Shown here piece by piece: positions 29,728 to 42,097 of a stretch of 64,000 bases of DNA (positions are counted from its first letter, which is position 1; every line of letters starts with the position of its first letter). Below the pieces are notes generated by a model, which was not told where the DNA came from, did not search any database, and saw only the letters and a program-made list of their open reading frames with translations. Source of the stretch: an uncultured delta proteobacterium (lineage in GTDB: Bacteria; Myxococcota_A; Polyangia; Polyangiales; Polyangiaceae); NCBI GenBank assembly GCA_963806225.1, contig CAWDXG010000001.1, positions 352,001 to 416,000 of the forward strand, written 5' to 3'. Made by a program: the position numbers and the translations under genes.

Positions 29728-31062
29728 CTAGCTTGCGGGATCGGGCGGCTGGCCCTGCGACAGCAGGGCTGTCATTGCAGCGATCATGGGCGCTACGTCG
29801 CGCGCGCCGGCGGTCTCGCGGCAGGAGTGCATGCCGAGCATCGGGTTGCCAACGTCGATGGTGCGCACCGCCATCCGGGCCGCGGAGATCGGGCCGATCG
29901 TGCTGCCGCACGGCATGTCGTTGCGCGAGACGAAGCGCTGCGGCGAGAAATCCGCCGCTTGGCACGCTTCCTCGAACACCGCGGTGCCCGGGCCGTCCGT
30001 AGCGTAGGACTGGTTGGCGTTCACCTTGAGGACAGGGCCGCGGCCGATGCGCGGCGCGTGATGCTTGTCGTGCTTTTCGGTGTAGTTCGGGTGGATGGCA
30101 TGCGCCATGTCCGCCGACAGCAGCAGCGAGCGGGACAGAGCCCGCGGCGCGGCGTCTCCCGGGCCGCCGTAGGCCTCCGCCACGCGCTCGAGCACGCCGA
30201 AGAGGAAGCGCGAGCGCGCGCCCGCTGCGCTCTGGCTGCCGACCTCCTCGTGATCGTACAGCGCGAGCACCCGCGTGGTCTCTCCCGCTTCGCCCGAGTC
30301 GAGCAGAGCCTGCGTGGCGGCGTGGCACGACGCCAGGTTGTCCAGCCGGGGGGCGAACAGAAGGTCGTTGTGCACGCCGCCCAGGCTTGCCGGTTGCACG
30401 TCGTAGAGGCACAGATCCCATGCGAGCACGTCCTCCACGCCGAGCTTGGCGCCACCTGTGCGGTGGAGCTCCTCCGCGAGCAGGGCGCGCAGGCCGCTGG
30501 CCTCGTCGTCGTCGCGCCCGATCGCGACCATCGGCATCATGTGCGTCTGGGCGTTGAGCACCAGCCCGTTCGAGTTCACGTCACGGTTCAGGTGGATGGC
30601 GAGGTTCGGAATGCGGCACAGCGGCTGCCTGAAACGTACCAGGTGCGTGGCGCCACCGCGCACGCTGACCCGACCTGCCAGTGAAAGGTCGCGATCGAGC
30701 CAGGTCGACAGCAGCACGCCGCCGTACACCTCGACGCCCAGTTGGCGGTAGCTCATCGAGCGGATGTCCGGCGCGGGTTTGACGCGCAGATTGGGCGAGT
30801 CGGTATGCGCGCCGATCATCATGAAACCTGCCTCGGCCGGGGGCCGGCGGCCGGCGATGAAGGCCACCAGCGTCCCGCCTCCGCGGATCACGTAGCTTTT
30901 CGTGCCCGGCTCGATCTTCCAGGTGGTGCGCTCGTCCAGTCCGGAGAAGCCCGCGGCGTCGAGTCTGCGCTTCACCTCTGCCACCGCGTGGTACGGCGTG
31001 GGGCTTTCGTCGATGAACCCGAGCAGATCCCGGGCCGGTTCCAGCTTGTCCTTGTCTGCCAT
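29728..31062 (-). CDS. apeB: M18 family aspartyl aminopeptidase
   Basis: SPTPYHAV, AHTDSP, RLDNL, DHEEVGS, DMAH, MHSCRE. Confidence 0.9.
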   Translation of the reverse strand: MADKDKLEPARDLLGFIDESPTPYHAVAEVKRRLDAAGFSGLDERTTWKIEPGTKSYVIRGGGTLVAFIAGRRPPAEAGFMMIGAHTDSPNLRVKPAPDIRSMSYRQLGVEVYGGVLLSTWLDRDLSLAGRVSVRGGATHLVRFRQPLCRIPNLAIHLNRDVNSNGLVLNAQTHMMPMVAIGRDDDEASGLRALLAEELHRTGGAKLGVEDVLAWDLCLYDVQPASLGGVHNDLLFAPRLDNLASCHAATQALLDSGEAGETTRVLALYDHEEVGSQSAAGARSRFLFGVLERVAEAYGGPGDAAPRALSRSLLLSADMAHAIHPNYTEKHDKHHAPRIGRGPVLKVNANQSYATDGPGTAVFEEACQAADFSPQRFVSRNDMPCGSTIGPISAARMAVRTIDVGNPMLGMHSCRETAGARDVAPMIAAMTALLSQGQPPDPAS

Positions 31063-31148
31063 GACCCACGCACTATACCCCCATCCCCGATACGCAAAGC
31101 GGGTGGGCGAGCCCTCGAGGTTCTGGCGATGCTAGGCTCCCGGCCGCT

Positions 31149-32204
31149 GTGTTGACCCGCGACGTTCGATTCGAAGGTTTCACGACAGCCGACTGGGTGC
31201 GGCTGATCGAGCTGGTGCACCCGCCGCCGAGCCGTCCGCGCGAGCGGGACAGCGCAGCCGCGAGCGGCGAGGCAGCGGCGGAGGGACGTGTCGGCCGCCC
31301 CCACGGCGGTGTCATCGCCATCACGACGGGCAACCGCCTCAGGAAGCTGCTCGGGACCGACGCCGGCCGACTGGACGTGCACGCGCACGACTGGCCGATA
31401 CCCCTCGAGGAGCTCGCCGCACGACACGCGGCGCGCTGGGCGCTCGCGCTGCACACCGGTGCGCTGGAAGAGCTGATGGACCGCTTCGGCGACCGCTTGC
31501 GTCGCGAGCAGGATCTGCTGGCGCAGGGGTTGCTCCTGGTCTCGATCCTGCGCGAGCTGGAATCGGAGGGGGCGATCAACGTGTGGCCGTGGAAGCTCAG
31601 CGCCTGGCCCGTTCCGCACGAGCGCATGCTGCTGCGCGCCTTCGAGGCGTTCTGTCCGGACGGCCGCTCGCTCCTGCTCGGCGCGTTCGAGCATGGCGAG
31701 GTCGCTACCAGCATCGTGGCACGGCGCCACGGCACCGGCTTCGACCTGATCCTGGGTCCGGACGAGCTCAGGCGCGAGATGGGGCTCATCTCGGGAGATT
31801 GGACGCGGGACTATCGTCACCTGGCGCGCGCGGCCGAGCAGCGCGCGGGCTCGCTCGCTCTGGGCTGCTTCGGGGAGGTCGGCACGTTCCGCCGCCTGGC
31901 GGAGCGGCCCGTGCCGGGCGCCTGGGCCGCCGCGGTGGCGGCGCGCGACATCATCCTGTCGCCCGTGGTCCCCGCCATCGCGATCCCGCTCGGCGTGGAC
32001 GTGGGCCGCGCGGCGCTGGCGACCGTGCGCGACCTCGCCGATCGCTTCGGCGCGAGCGGTTGGCTGGGGGAGCACAGCCCGCTCTCGCCGGCGCTCGAAC
32101 GATTCAAGGACATCGGCTTGTTCGATCGGGATATCGAGAGCCTGCTCGGCTTCGATCCGGTCGCACTGCTGAGGAAGCTTCTCGCGCGCGATCGCGACGA
32201 CTGA
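31149..32204 (+). CDS. Hypothetical protein
   Basis: 351 aa globular ORF with typical codon usage. Confidence 0.7.
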   Translation: MLTRDVRFEGFTTADWVRLIELVHPPPSRPRERDSAAASGEAAAEGRVGRPHGGVIAITTGNRLRKLLGTDAGRLDVHAHDWPIPLEELAARHAARWALALHTGALEELMDRFGDRLRREQDLLAQGLLLVSILRELESEGAINVWPWKLSAWPVPHERMLLRAFEAFCPDGRSLLLGAFEHGEVATSIVARRHGTGFDLILGPDELRREMGLISGDWTRDYRHLARAAEQRAGSLALGCFGEVGTFRRLAERPVPGAWAAAVAARDIILSPVVPAIAIPLGVDVGRAALATVRDLADRFGASGWLGEHSPLSPALERFKDIGLFDRDIESLLGFDPVALLRKLLARDRDD

Positions 32205-32248
32205 CGCGCCGCTGGACGCTGGAGGCCGATCCGGGCGAACATCACGCC

Positions 32249-33910
32249 ATGGTCGCTCCGGGCCGCATCCGGCGCCGGCTGGCGCTGGCGATCGTGCTGA
32301 CGGCCCTGATCCCGGTGCTGGTCGCAATTCTCGTTGCCGACAGCATGGTGCGCCGCAGCTCGGAACGGTTCTTCAAGCCCGAGGTGTTCTCGCGGCTGAA
32401 CCAGTCCCTCGATCTCTACCAGGAGCTCGCCCACGCGGTGAAGAGCTCCATGCGCCATGAAGCGACCGCGATCGCCGCACAGGGCAGTCTGCGCCGCGCC
32501 GTGGAGAGCGGCGATCACTCCGCCATCGACCGGGTGCTGGCCCGGCAGGTCAAGAAATACCCGAACATCGTCTCGCTCAGCGTCGAGGACGCCACCGGCA
32601 AGCGCCTCGGGCACGCCGACCGCGGCCGACCGCTGGACCGCCGGAAGGAGAACGCTCTCGAGGTGAGCCGTCCGCTGTCCGGCGCGGACGAGGCCGACGA
32701 GGACGTGCCGCAGCTGGTAGCCGTGTTCGCCGCGAACCGCGCGCGCTTCGACGAGCGCGACGACATGAGCCAGTTCGTCAACACCTACAAGCAGATCGAT
32801 CAGCAACGCCAGGCCGTCGAGCAGAGCTACATGTACGCGTTTGCCGCGTTGCTCGGTATCACGATCGTGATGGCTATCGGAGTCGGCGTCCTGCTAGCGC
32901 GCGGCGTCTCGTCGCGCATCGCCCAGCTGGCTGCGGCCACCAAGGCTGTCGGCGCGGGCGATCTGAGCATCCGTGTGCCGGAACGCGGCAACGACGAGAT
33001 CGCGGATCTGGCCCGCGCCTTCAACCGCATGCTCGGGGAAGTCGAGGCGAGTCGTGCGCGCATCGAGTACCTACAGCGCATCGGAGCCTGGCAGGAGATG
33101 GCCCGCCGGCTCGCGCACGAGATCAAGAATCCGCTCACCCCAATCCAGCTCGCCGTCCAGGAGATCCACCGGCGCTATGGAGGCGAGCGTCCGGAGTACC
33201 AGAAACTGCTCGATACCACGCTCGAGATCGTCGAAGACGAGGTCGGCACGCTGCGGCGGCTGGTCAGTGAATTCTCCAGCTTCGCCCGCATGCCGCAGGC
33301 CGCGCTCGAAGAGCACGACCTCGTCGAGTTCCTGGAAGAGCAGAAGACGCGCCTCTCTCTGCTGGAAGACGAGATGGCCGACGGCGGCGAAGCGGCGCGC
33401 GAGTCGGCGCCCATTCTCGGGCTCGGCGTGCAGCTCGACTTCGAGCTGCCCGTGGGGCCCGCTCCGGTTCACATGGACCGCCAGATGCTGCGCCGCGCCC
33501 TCATCAACCTGGTGCGCAACGCGGCGCAGGCGGTTGCCGGTGCTGGAGCGGAGGAGGGGCGCGTGAGGGTGCGGCTCGAGCGGGACGGCGAATACTGGGT
33601 GCTCGATATCGACGACAACGGCCCGGGTATCCCTGAAGAACTGCGCCCGACCATCTTCGACCCGTACGTCACCACCAAGACCGACGGTACGGGATTGGGG
33701 CTCGCGATCGTCAAGAAGGTCGTGGTCGAGCACGCAGGGAGCGTCTCGGTGGACGCGAGCCCGTTGGGCGGCGCACGCTTCCGGATCCGGCTGCCTGCTG
33801 CCGGCACGCCGGCCGGAACGCTGGCGCTGGAAGCCCGGGACTGGCAGGTTCCGCCGTCGTCGGCTAGACCGTCCCGCGGCGAGCCCCCGCCGAGCGCACG
33901 GAGCGCCTGA
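32249..33910 (+). CDS. HAMP-domain sensor histidine kinase (NtrY-like)
   Basis: Two TMs, HAMP (DEIADLARAFNRM), AWQEMARRLAHEIKNPLTPIQL. Confidence 0.92.
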   Translation: MVAPGRIRRRLALAIVLTALIPVLVAILVADSMVRRSSERFFKPEVFSRLNQSLDLYQELAHAVKSSMRHEATAIAAQGSLRRAVESGDHSAIDRVLARQVKKYPNIVSLSVEDATGKRLGHADRGRPLDRRKENALEVSRPLSGADEADEDVPQLVAVFAANRARFDERDDMSQFVNTYKQIDQQRQAVEQSYMYAFAALLGITIVMAIGVGVLLARGVSSRIAQLAAATKAVGAGDLSIRVPERGNDEIADLARAFNRMLGEVEASRARIEYLQRIGAWQEMARRLAHEIKNPLTPIQLAVQEIHRRYGGERPEYQKLLDTTLEIVEDEVGTLRRLVSEFSSFARMPQAALEEHDLVEFLEEQKTRLSLLEDEMADGGEAARESAPILGLGVQLDFELPVGPAPVHMDRQMLRRALINLVRNAAQAVAGAGAEEGRVRVRLERDGEYWVLDIDDNGPGIPEELRPTIFDPYVTTKTDGTGLGLAIVKKVVVEHAGSVSVDASPLGGARFRIRLPAAGTPAGTLALEARDWQVPPSSARPSRGEPPPSARSA

Positions 33911-33930
33911 GCCGGGCTTGTCCGATCCAC

Positions 33931-34500
33931 ATGGCGCAGAAGTCCGTGACCGAACAGATCAAGCGCACCCAGAATCCCAGGCAGGCCTGGCTCCTGATCG
34001 CGCTGGTGCTCGGTGTCAGCGCCTTCTTCGGGCTGGTCATCCTGCCGTACATCCGGCCGAAACCGGCAGTGCCCAAGGGCGCCGCCCCTGATTTCGTCCT
34101 GCCCGTCATCGTGAACGGCGACCCCGGCAGCCGCCTGAAGCTGAGCGACCTCAAAGGCAAGGCCGTGGTGCTCGACTTCTGGGCCAGCTGGTGCGCCCCT
34201 TGCCGTGCGCAGGCGCCCATCATCGACAGCGTCGCGCGCGAGAACAAGGGAAAGGAAGTGATCTTCGTCGGCGTGAACACCGGCGACGAGCGCGCTTCGG
34301 CCATCAAGTTCGCGCGCAGCCGTGGGCTAGGCTACCCCGCCGTGTTCGACCCGGACGGAAAGGTCGCGGACGCCTACAACGTCCAGACGCTGCCGACCCT
34401 CTTCGTCATCGACCGGTCCGGTGACATCATCGCCGTGCACCATGGCGTGGTGCCGGCTCACAAGCTGGAACAACTCGTTCTGCAGGCGATGGAGCTTTAG
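33931..34500 (+). CDS. TlpA-family disulfide reductase
   Basis: DFWASWCAPC with N-terminal TM anchor. Confidence 0.9.
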   Translation: MAQKSVTEQIKRTQNPRQAWLLIALVLGVSAFFGLVILPYIRPKPAVPKGAAPDFVLPVIVNGDPGSRLKLSDLKGKAVVLDFWASWCAPCRAQAPIIDSVARENKGKEVIFVGVNTGDERASAIKFARSRGLGYPAVFDPDGKVADAYNVQTLPTLFVIDRSGDIIAVHHGVVPAHKLEQLVLQAMEL

Positions 34501-34565
34501 CGGAGGGGCCGGAGCCGCCGCGGCGTGGATGCAGCCGGCCCGGGAAAATGCTAGGAAAGCGGACA

Positions 34566-34976
34566 ATGGCGAAGAAGAAGATGGAGTCATTCGAGGAGTT
34601 CTGGCCGTTCTACGTGCGCGAGCACTCGAAGAAGCTGACGCGCCAGCTCCACTTCGTCGGAACATCGCTGGCCCTCGCCTGCGCAGCGGGAGCCGTGCTC
34701 GGCAAGCGCCGCTGGCTGCTCCTACTGGCACCCATGGCGGGCTACGGCCCGGCGTGGGTCAGCCATTTTTTCATCGAGCACAACAAGCCGGCCACGTTCA
34801 AGCATCCGCTGTGGAGCCTGAAAGCGGACTTCATCATGTGGGGCAAGATGGTCGAGGGCACAATGGACGCCGAGGTCGAGCGGGTACTCGCCGAGGAGCG
34901 TGCCGAGGCCCAGCAGGCTGCCTTCGACGCGGACGACATCCGCCCCAACATGGCCACCGACGGCACGCTGCACTGA
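34566..34976 (+). CDS. DUF962 / Mpo1-like protein
   Basis: FEEFWPFYVREH, LHFVGT, HFFIEHNKPATFKHPLWSL. Confidence 0.88.
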   Translation: MAKKKMESFEEFWPFYVREHSKKLTRQLHFVGTSLALACAAGAVLGKRRWLLLLAPMAGYGPAWVSHFFIEHNKPATFKHPLWSLKADFIMWGKMVEGTMDAEVERVLAEERAEAQQAAFDADDIRPNMATDGTLH

Positions 34977-36193
34977 CTACTCGTCCCTGAGCGCTTCCAC
35001 CGGATCGAGCCGCGCTGCGCGCCATGCCGGCAGCGCGCCGAACACCACGCCGACAAGTAGCGAGAGTCCCGCCCCGAGCGCCAGCGACAGCGGCGGGATC
35101 ACAAGCGGGAAGCTGCCGAGCGCGTGGCCGAGCACCAGCGTGCCGAGCCCGAGCACGCCCGCGCCTGCCGCGATGCCGGCGAGCCCACCCACTGCGGACA
35201 GCAGGATGGACTCGAACAGGAACAGCCCGACAACGCTGCGTCGCGTGGCGCCCAGCGCGCGCCTGAGGCCGATCTCGCGCGTCCGCTCCGTCACGCGCAC
35301 CAGCATCACGTTCATGACGTTGATGCCGCCGACGAACAGCGACAGCGCGCCCGTGCCGACCAGCAGGATCTCCACGATGGCCAGGATCAGCTGCTCCTGC
35401 TTCTTGCCGCTCGGGTCGTCGAGCTTGTAGTTCCTCGCTCCGGCGTGGCGCAGGTCGAGCACGGCGTGGATCGTCGTGCGGACCGCGTCGAGCGGCTCCA
35501 CGGCGCGGTCGACGATCAAGAAGTCGGAGCGGTGGTCGGGTGCGTAGTAGAGGTCGAAGCTGGTCGCCGGCACGACCACCTTGCGGCCCCACACGTGCGT
35601 GCTGGTGGTCGAGCCGATCATCGGCTTCTTCGCGAGCACGCCGACGATCTGCCAGCGGGTGCCTTCGACTTCGAGAGCGAGATTCCTGCCGAGCGGGCGC
35701 GCGTGCAGCAGCTGCTCGTAGATCTCGTGGCCCACGATGCAGACCCGCCGGCGCGCCCGCAGATCGGACGGCGTGAGGAAGCGCCCCCGTTCGACGTGGA
35801 TGCGATAGAGATCGAGCATGGCGGGGTTGCCGCTCACCATGCGCACGCGCTTGTCCCGCCCGCGGAAGTACGCGCGCACGTCGTGCCCGGCGGCTGCGCG
35901 CACGCGATGGCCGGACAGGAGGTGCGTCAGCGACAGGGCGCGGCCGTCCGCGCGCGACAGTCCGGGGAGCCCGCGCACGCGCTCGCGCTCCGGCAGGCGC
36001 TTTTCGGAGACGACCACGAGGTTCGAACCCGTGACGCCCTGGTTGGCGCGCACCAGCGCCGCGCGCCCGCCCTCCGACAGGCCCATCACCAGCACGATAG
36101 CCGCGCTGCCAATGGCGACGCCGAGCAGCGTGAGCGCGAGCCGCCCCGGAGCGGATCCGAGCGAACGCAGCGTACGGAGCATCTCGGAGAGGT

Positions 36194-36197
<4 letters not shown>
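34977..36197 (-). CDS. MacB/FtsX-family ABC permease
   Basis: VGGINVMNVMLVRVTERTREIGLRRALGA; PAWRAARLDPVEALR. Confidence 0.9.
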
Positions 36198-37413
<1,216 letters not shown>

Positions 37414-37414
<1 letters not shown>

Positions 37415-38568
37415 CAGATCTTCGTTTCGTTTTTCTTCGCGCTCTGCGGGTCGATGAGGACGCGCTGGCCCTCGGCGATGCCGGACACGATCTCGACGAC
37501 GTGGTCGCTCTCCGCGCCGAGCTTGACCTGCACCTGCTGCGTGTGGTCGCCGGCGGCGTCGCTCACCACGCGTGTGACGAAGTCCTTGCCGTCCTTCTTC
37601 TGCACGCTCTCCAGCGGCAGCGACAGCACGTGCAGCTCCTCGCGCACGGAGATGCGCACGTCGCCGGTCATGCCGGGCTTGATGCGCGGGTCGGCCTTGT
37701 CGAGCTCGGCCTCCACTGGAAAGACCTCCACGTCCTTGCGAGTCCGCTTCACCGAAGCCGGCGCGACCTTGGTCACGTGGGCGCGGAAGGTCTCGCCGGG
37801 GATCGCGTCCAGCGTCACGCCGACCCCTTGCCCCGGCTTCACCTTGGCCACGTCGATCTGGTCGAGGTCGGTCTTGACGACCAGGCGCGACAGATCCGCC
37901 ACTGTGAGCAGTGCCGCCGACTCCCGCGACGACTGCACGCCGGTCTCCACCATCTCGCCCGGCTCGATCGCGCGGCGGGTAACGGTGCCGTCGATCGGCG
38001 AGGAGAGCGCGAGGTCGTCGAGGTGGTCGCGCGCCTCGGCGAGGGCCACGCGCGCGAGCTTCACGTCCAGGGCGGCGAGCGCCGCCTGGTGCCTGGCGCT
38101 CTGGAGATCGAGGCGCGCCACGATGCCCGCCGTCACGCCGTCGGTCTTGCGCTCTACGTCTTTCTTCGCGAACTCGTAGCGGGCCCGGGCCTGTGCGAGC
38201 TGGGCGCGGGCGCGGGTCACCTCGGCGAGCGCGGTGCGGCGGTCGAACTCGACCAGAAGCTGGCCGCGCCCCACGTGCTGGCCCTCCTTTACCAACACGT
38301 CGACCACGCGACCCGGTACGCGAGAGCCGATCTGCACGGTGTCCGGCGCTTCGATGCGGCCCACATCGGTGACCTCGATGTCGAGCTTCTCGCGCCTGGC
38401 GGTGACGACCAGCGCCGGATCGACCTTTTCCTGGTGGTGATGCGTGAACCGCCACGCGCCGAACGCGCCGCCGCCGAGTGCGCACACGAGCAGCACCAGG
38501 GGCCAGCGGCGTCGCTTGCGCGCGCGCGGCCGCGTGGACGCCGACACGGGGCGGGTGGACTCGCTCAT
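37414..38568 (-). CDS. MacA-like periplasmic adaptor (membrane fusion protein)
   Basis: TM anchor, lipoyl halves (VKEGQHV; SPIDGTV) and IKPGMTG. Confidence 0.9.
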
Positions 38569-39257
38569 GCCGCCCTCCTTCCGTCCGCGACGACACGGCC
38601 GTCGGAGAACTCCACGACTCGCGCGGCGAAGGCGGCGACTGCAGGGTCGTGCGTGACGATCACGAGCGTCACGCCGTCGGCCGACAGCTCGCGGAACAGC
38701 GCGAGGATCTCGCGGGTGGTGGTCGTGTCCAGCGCGCCGGTGGGCTCGTCCGCCAGAACCAGCAGTGGCTGGTTCACCAGCGCGCGCGCGATGGCGACGC
38801 GCTGCTGCTGGCCGCCGCTGAGCTGGTTCGGACGGTGGCCGGCGCGCTCGCCGAGCCCGACGCGTTCCAGCGCGGCGCGCGCCCGCTCCCGGCGCAGCCG
38901 CGGGCGCACCCCGGCGTAGACCATCGGTAGCTCGACGTTCTCGAGTGCGCTGGCGCCCGGCAGCAGGTGGAAGGCCTGGAACACGAAACCGATCTTCCGG
39001 TTCCGGAGCAGCGCTAGCTCCGTGTCGTCCAGCCCCTCCACCAGCTGGCCGTCGAGCCGGTAGCTGCCCGAGGTCGGGCTGTCCAGCGTCCCCATGATGT
39101 TGACGGCGGTCGATTTGCCCGAGCCCGACGCCCCGGTGATGGCCACCAGCTCGCCCTGCTCGATGCGGAGATCGACGCCATCCAGCGCCTGCACGACGCT
39201 GTCACCCGAGGGATAGGCCCGTCCCAGGGCCGAAAAATCGATAAGCGCGTCCGACAT
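38565..39257 (-). CDS. ABC ATP-binding protein (MacB/LolD type)
   Basis: GASGSGKST, LSGGQQQRVAIARA, LADEPTG, VTHD. Confidence 0.95.
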   Translation of the reverse strand: MSDALIDFSALGRAYPSGDSVVQALDGVDLRIEQGELVAITGASGSGKSTAVNIMGTLDSPTSGSYRLDGQLVEGLDDTELALLRNRKIGFVFQAFHLLPGASALENVELPMVYAGVRPRLRRERARAALERVGLGERAGHRPNQLSGGQQQRVAIARALVNQPLLVLADEPTGALDTTTTREILALFRELSADGVTLVIVTHDPAVAAFAARVVEFSDGRVVADGRRAA

Positions 39258-39311
39258 GCCGTTACTTTCGCGGCACGTGGACGGCTTATTTCAGCCGGAT
39301 GTCGATTTTCC

Positions 39312-41898
39312 CTACTGCTGCAGGTCCGCCGCTGTCCGGGGCTCGATCTTGTTGTTGGTGAAGGCGAACGTGCTGACGCCGATGAGCTTCTTGAAGGCCG
39401 TGCCCACCGGGTAGGTGTTGTTCAGCGGTGGGTACAGCTGGTCGTCGATGCGCAGGTTGCCGGTGACGGCGAACTCGTCGTAGTCGCTCGGCGCGTCGGG
39501 GTTCATCACCGTCACCTGTACGTCGTCGACCTCCACCAGCATCGACTGGTAGCTGTCGGCGAGCGAACCGCCGGTGGCGATGTCGGCCGGATTAGCGACG
39601 ACCAGCGGGCTGAACGGCAGCGTGGTGCCGCTGTCGGTGACCGTGTAGGTCGGGCTCGAGATCTCGTCCAGCGACTGGTACGGGTCGTAGACGCCGGTGA
39701 TGTCGACCTTGTTGCCGACCTGGACCGTCGGCACGGTGGTCTTCGTGAAGATGAAGATGCCGGTGTACGGCTGCTGCGTGCCGTCCTCGACATAGAAGCC
39801 GAGCGACTTGCCCGTGCCCGACGAGTTCTGCGGAACCACGCCCGTCACATACAGGCCCTGGAGGCTCACCGCGCTGCCGCTGGACGGATGCCCGGCCGCA
39901 TTCGGATCGCGGACGGTCGTGATCGTCATCGGACATGCGGCGAAGCCGGGATTCGGCGCCGAGGGGCAAGCGTCGCAGGCGTCGCCCTTGCCGTCGCTGT
40001 CCGTGTCGGTCTGCTGCGGGTTGGCATCGTGCGGGCAGTTGTCGATGCCGTTCGGGATGCCGTCGCCGTCCAGATCGTTCGCGTCGGGCGTGGTGCAGGA
40101 GTCCGTCTTGTCGTCCGGGCAGGGATCGCAGGCGTCGCCCTCGCCGTCTCCGTCCGTGTCGGGCTGCGCGCCGTTGTCCATCGGGCGGATCGGGTTGAAC
40201 ACGTCCGGGCAGTTGTCCGAGCTGTTGGGGATGCCGTCGCCGTCGTTGTCCGTCGCGGTGATGCTGCCGTCGTATTCGCCCGGACGCATCGGCACGCAGC
40301 TCGGCTCGCCGGGTGGCGCCTGGCCGGGGCAGTTCTCCAGCTGGTAGACGGCTTCGCCCGCCGTCTTCACGTCGGCGAGCGACACGCCCGTGTCCGCCAT
40401 CACGCACGCCGCCTTCGACTCGCCGCACACGTCCAGCGTCTCGCACGTCGTGCCGCCGACGGCCTGGCTCGTCACCAGCGCCTGGTCGCCGTAGAGCGGC
40501 GTGCCACCGCGCAGCACCAGCACCACGTCCGCCGGCGTGGCGTCGATCACCGCGCGGTAGCCCTGGTTCGTCGTGCCGTCGAAGACGGCGATGTCCGCCA
40601 CGTAGCCCGGCTTGAGCATGCCCAGGCCGTCCTGCGCGCCGGCGACGAACGCGCCGTTCTCCGTCGCCATCTGCCACAGCTGCTTGTCGCTGAAGTGCTT
40701 GTTGAAATATTTCTGGTCCAGGTCGTCGGCGCACTTGAGCTCGCGCGACATGTTCATGGAGCCGGACACGATCCAGTCTGTGCCGAGCGCGAGGCCGACG
40801 CCTTCGTTGTCCAGCAGCACGACCGGCGCCGTGTTGCCGTACAGCGAGAGGTTGCTGCGCGGCGACCACACGACCCAGGAATGCGTCTGCGCGATGCGCT
40901 TGGCGTCGGACAGGCCCGAGGCCGTCGCGTGCACGATACCCGTTTGCGGTTGGATGATGTTGTACGTGCCGGCCGTGCCGGCGCAGATGAGCTCGTTCTC
41001 GGCGGCCAGGTCGATGCCCTCGCCGATGTGCGGCACGTACGCCTGGAGGCCCGCGACGTGGGCGGCCGTGGTCTTGCCCGAACCGTAGTTGCAGCCGCTC
41101 GTGACCAGCGTGCCGCTCGAGGTGGTGAGCGGGAACGTGTCCGAGTCCACCGTCTGGATCGGCAGCCCTTCCTTCAGGTTGCCCACGTCGAGGTTCCGGA
41201 GCAGGCCCGCCTCGCCGCCGGCGCTGATGGTCGAGGTCGTGCCGCTCATCACGAAGCGCAGCTCGTGGGCGAGGACCTGGTTCTTCGTTGCGCCGGACTT
41301 GTACGAGATCTTCTTCCCGCCGTTCGTGCCCAGGCTCCAGTCCTCGTGATACTCGTAGCGCGTCGTGCCGTTCTGCGGCTTGTTGTTCGCGTAGGTGATG
41401 TGGTCGTGCGGGTTGATGAGGCCCGGCGAGATCACTCCGTCGCTGCAATCGACGACCGAGGCGTCGGCGGCACCGGCGGTTGTCGAGCAGTCCTTCGCCA
41501 CGCACGTGATGATGCCGGAGCTGTTGAGCAGCACCTGGCCTCCGCTGATGATTCTGATCGGGGGCGAGCACCGTGCCCTTCAGCAAGAGGCCGCTCTTGC
41601 CGGTCTTGCTCACCTTGCACACGCCGGTGCCCGGGCCGGGGCCCGCATCGCCGCCGTCCGTTCCCGCGCCGCCGTCGATCCCTCCCGCGCCCGCGCTCGC
41701 ATCGGCGCCGCCGCTGCCCGAGGTTCCGCCGCTGCCGGCTCCGGCTTCCGTGCCGCCGTTCCCACCGCTCCCACCTTTGTTTCCGCCGCCGCCGCTGCTG
41801 CTGCTGCACGCGGTGCCGAGGGTGGTCGCGCCGAGCAGCGCGAAGAGCGCGGCCAGGGCCAGGGTAGGGGTCGAGCGGAAGCGAAATAGGGTCGTCAT
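39312..41898 (-). CDS. Lipoprotein amidohydrolase (deaminase-like) with thrombospondin type-3 repeats and C-terminal OB-fold-like domain; frameshift at about 41552
   Basis: Lipobox GTAC; PGLINPHDH, PHIGEG, LGTDW, PGYVADIAV; DNCP/DGDGxGDACD repeats; GFYVED...VGNKVDITG. Confidence 0.85.
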
Positions 41899-42097
41899 CG
41901 CGGCACCTCGCGAAAAGGTGTGGGGGCCCGGGGGGCAAACGGGCCGCACCGTTGGGTGGGTTCATAGCGCATCGCCGCGGCGATGCAGCCCCGCTCGGGC
42001 ACTGCGCGCGACGAGTTGCGCCGGCTCCACGGCCGGAGCCGCGACGCACGATGGCGCGGCCCCGTGCGGACGACGTAGCCTTGCGCAAGCGACGCTC

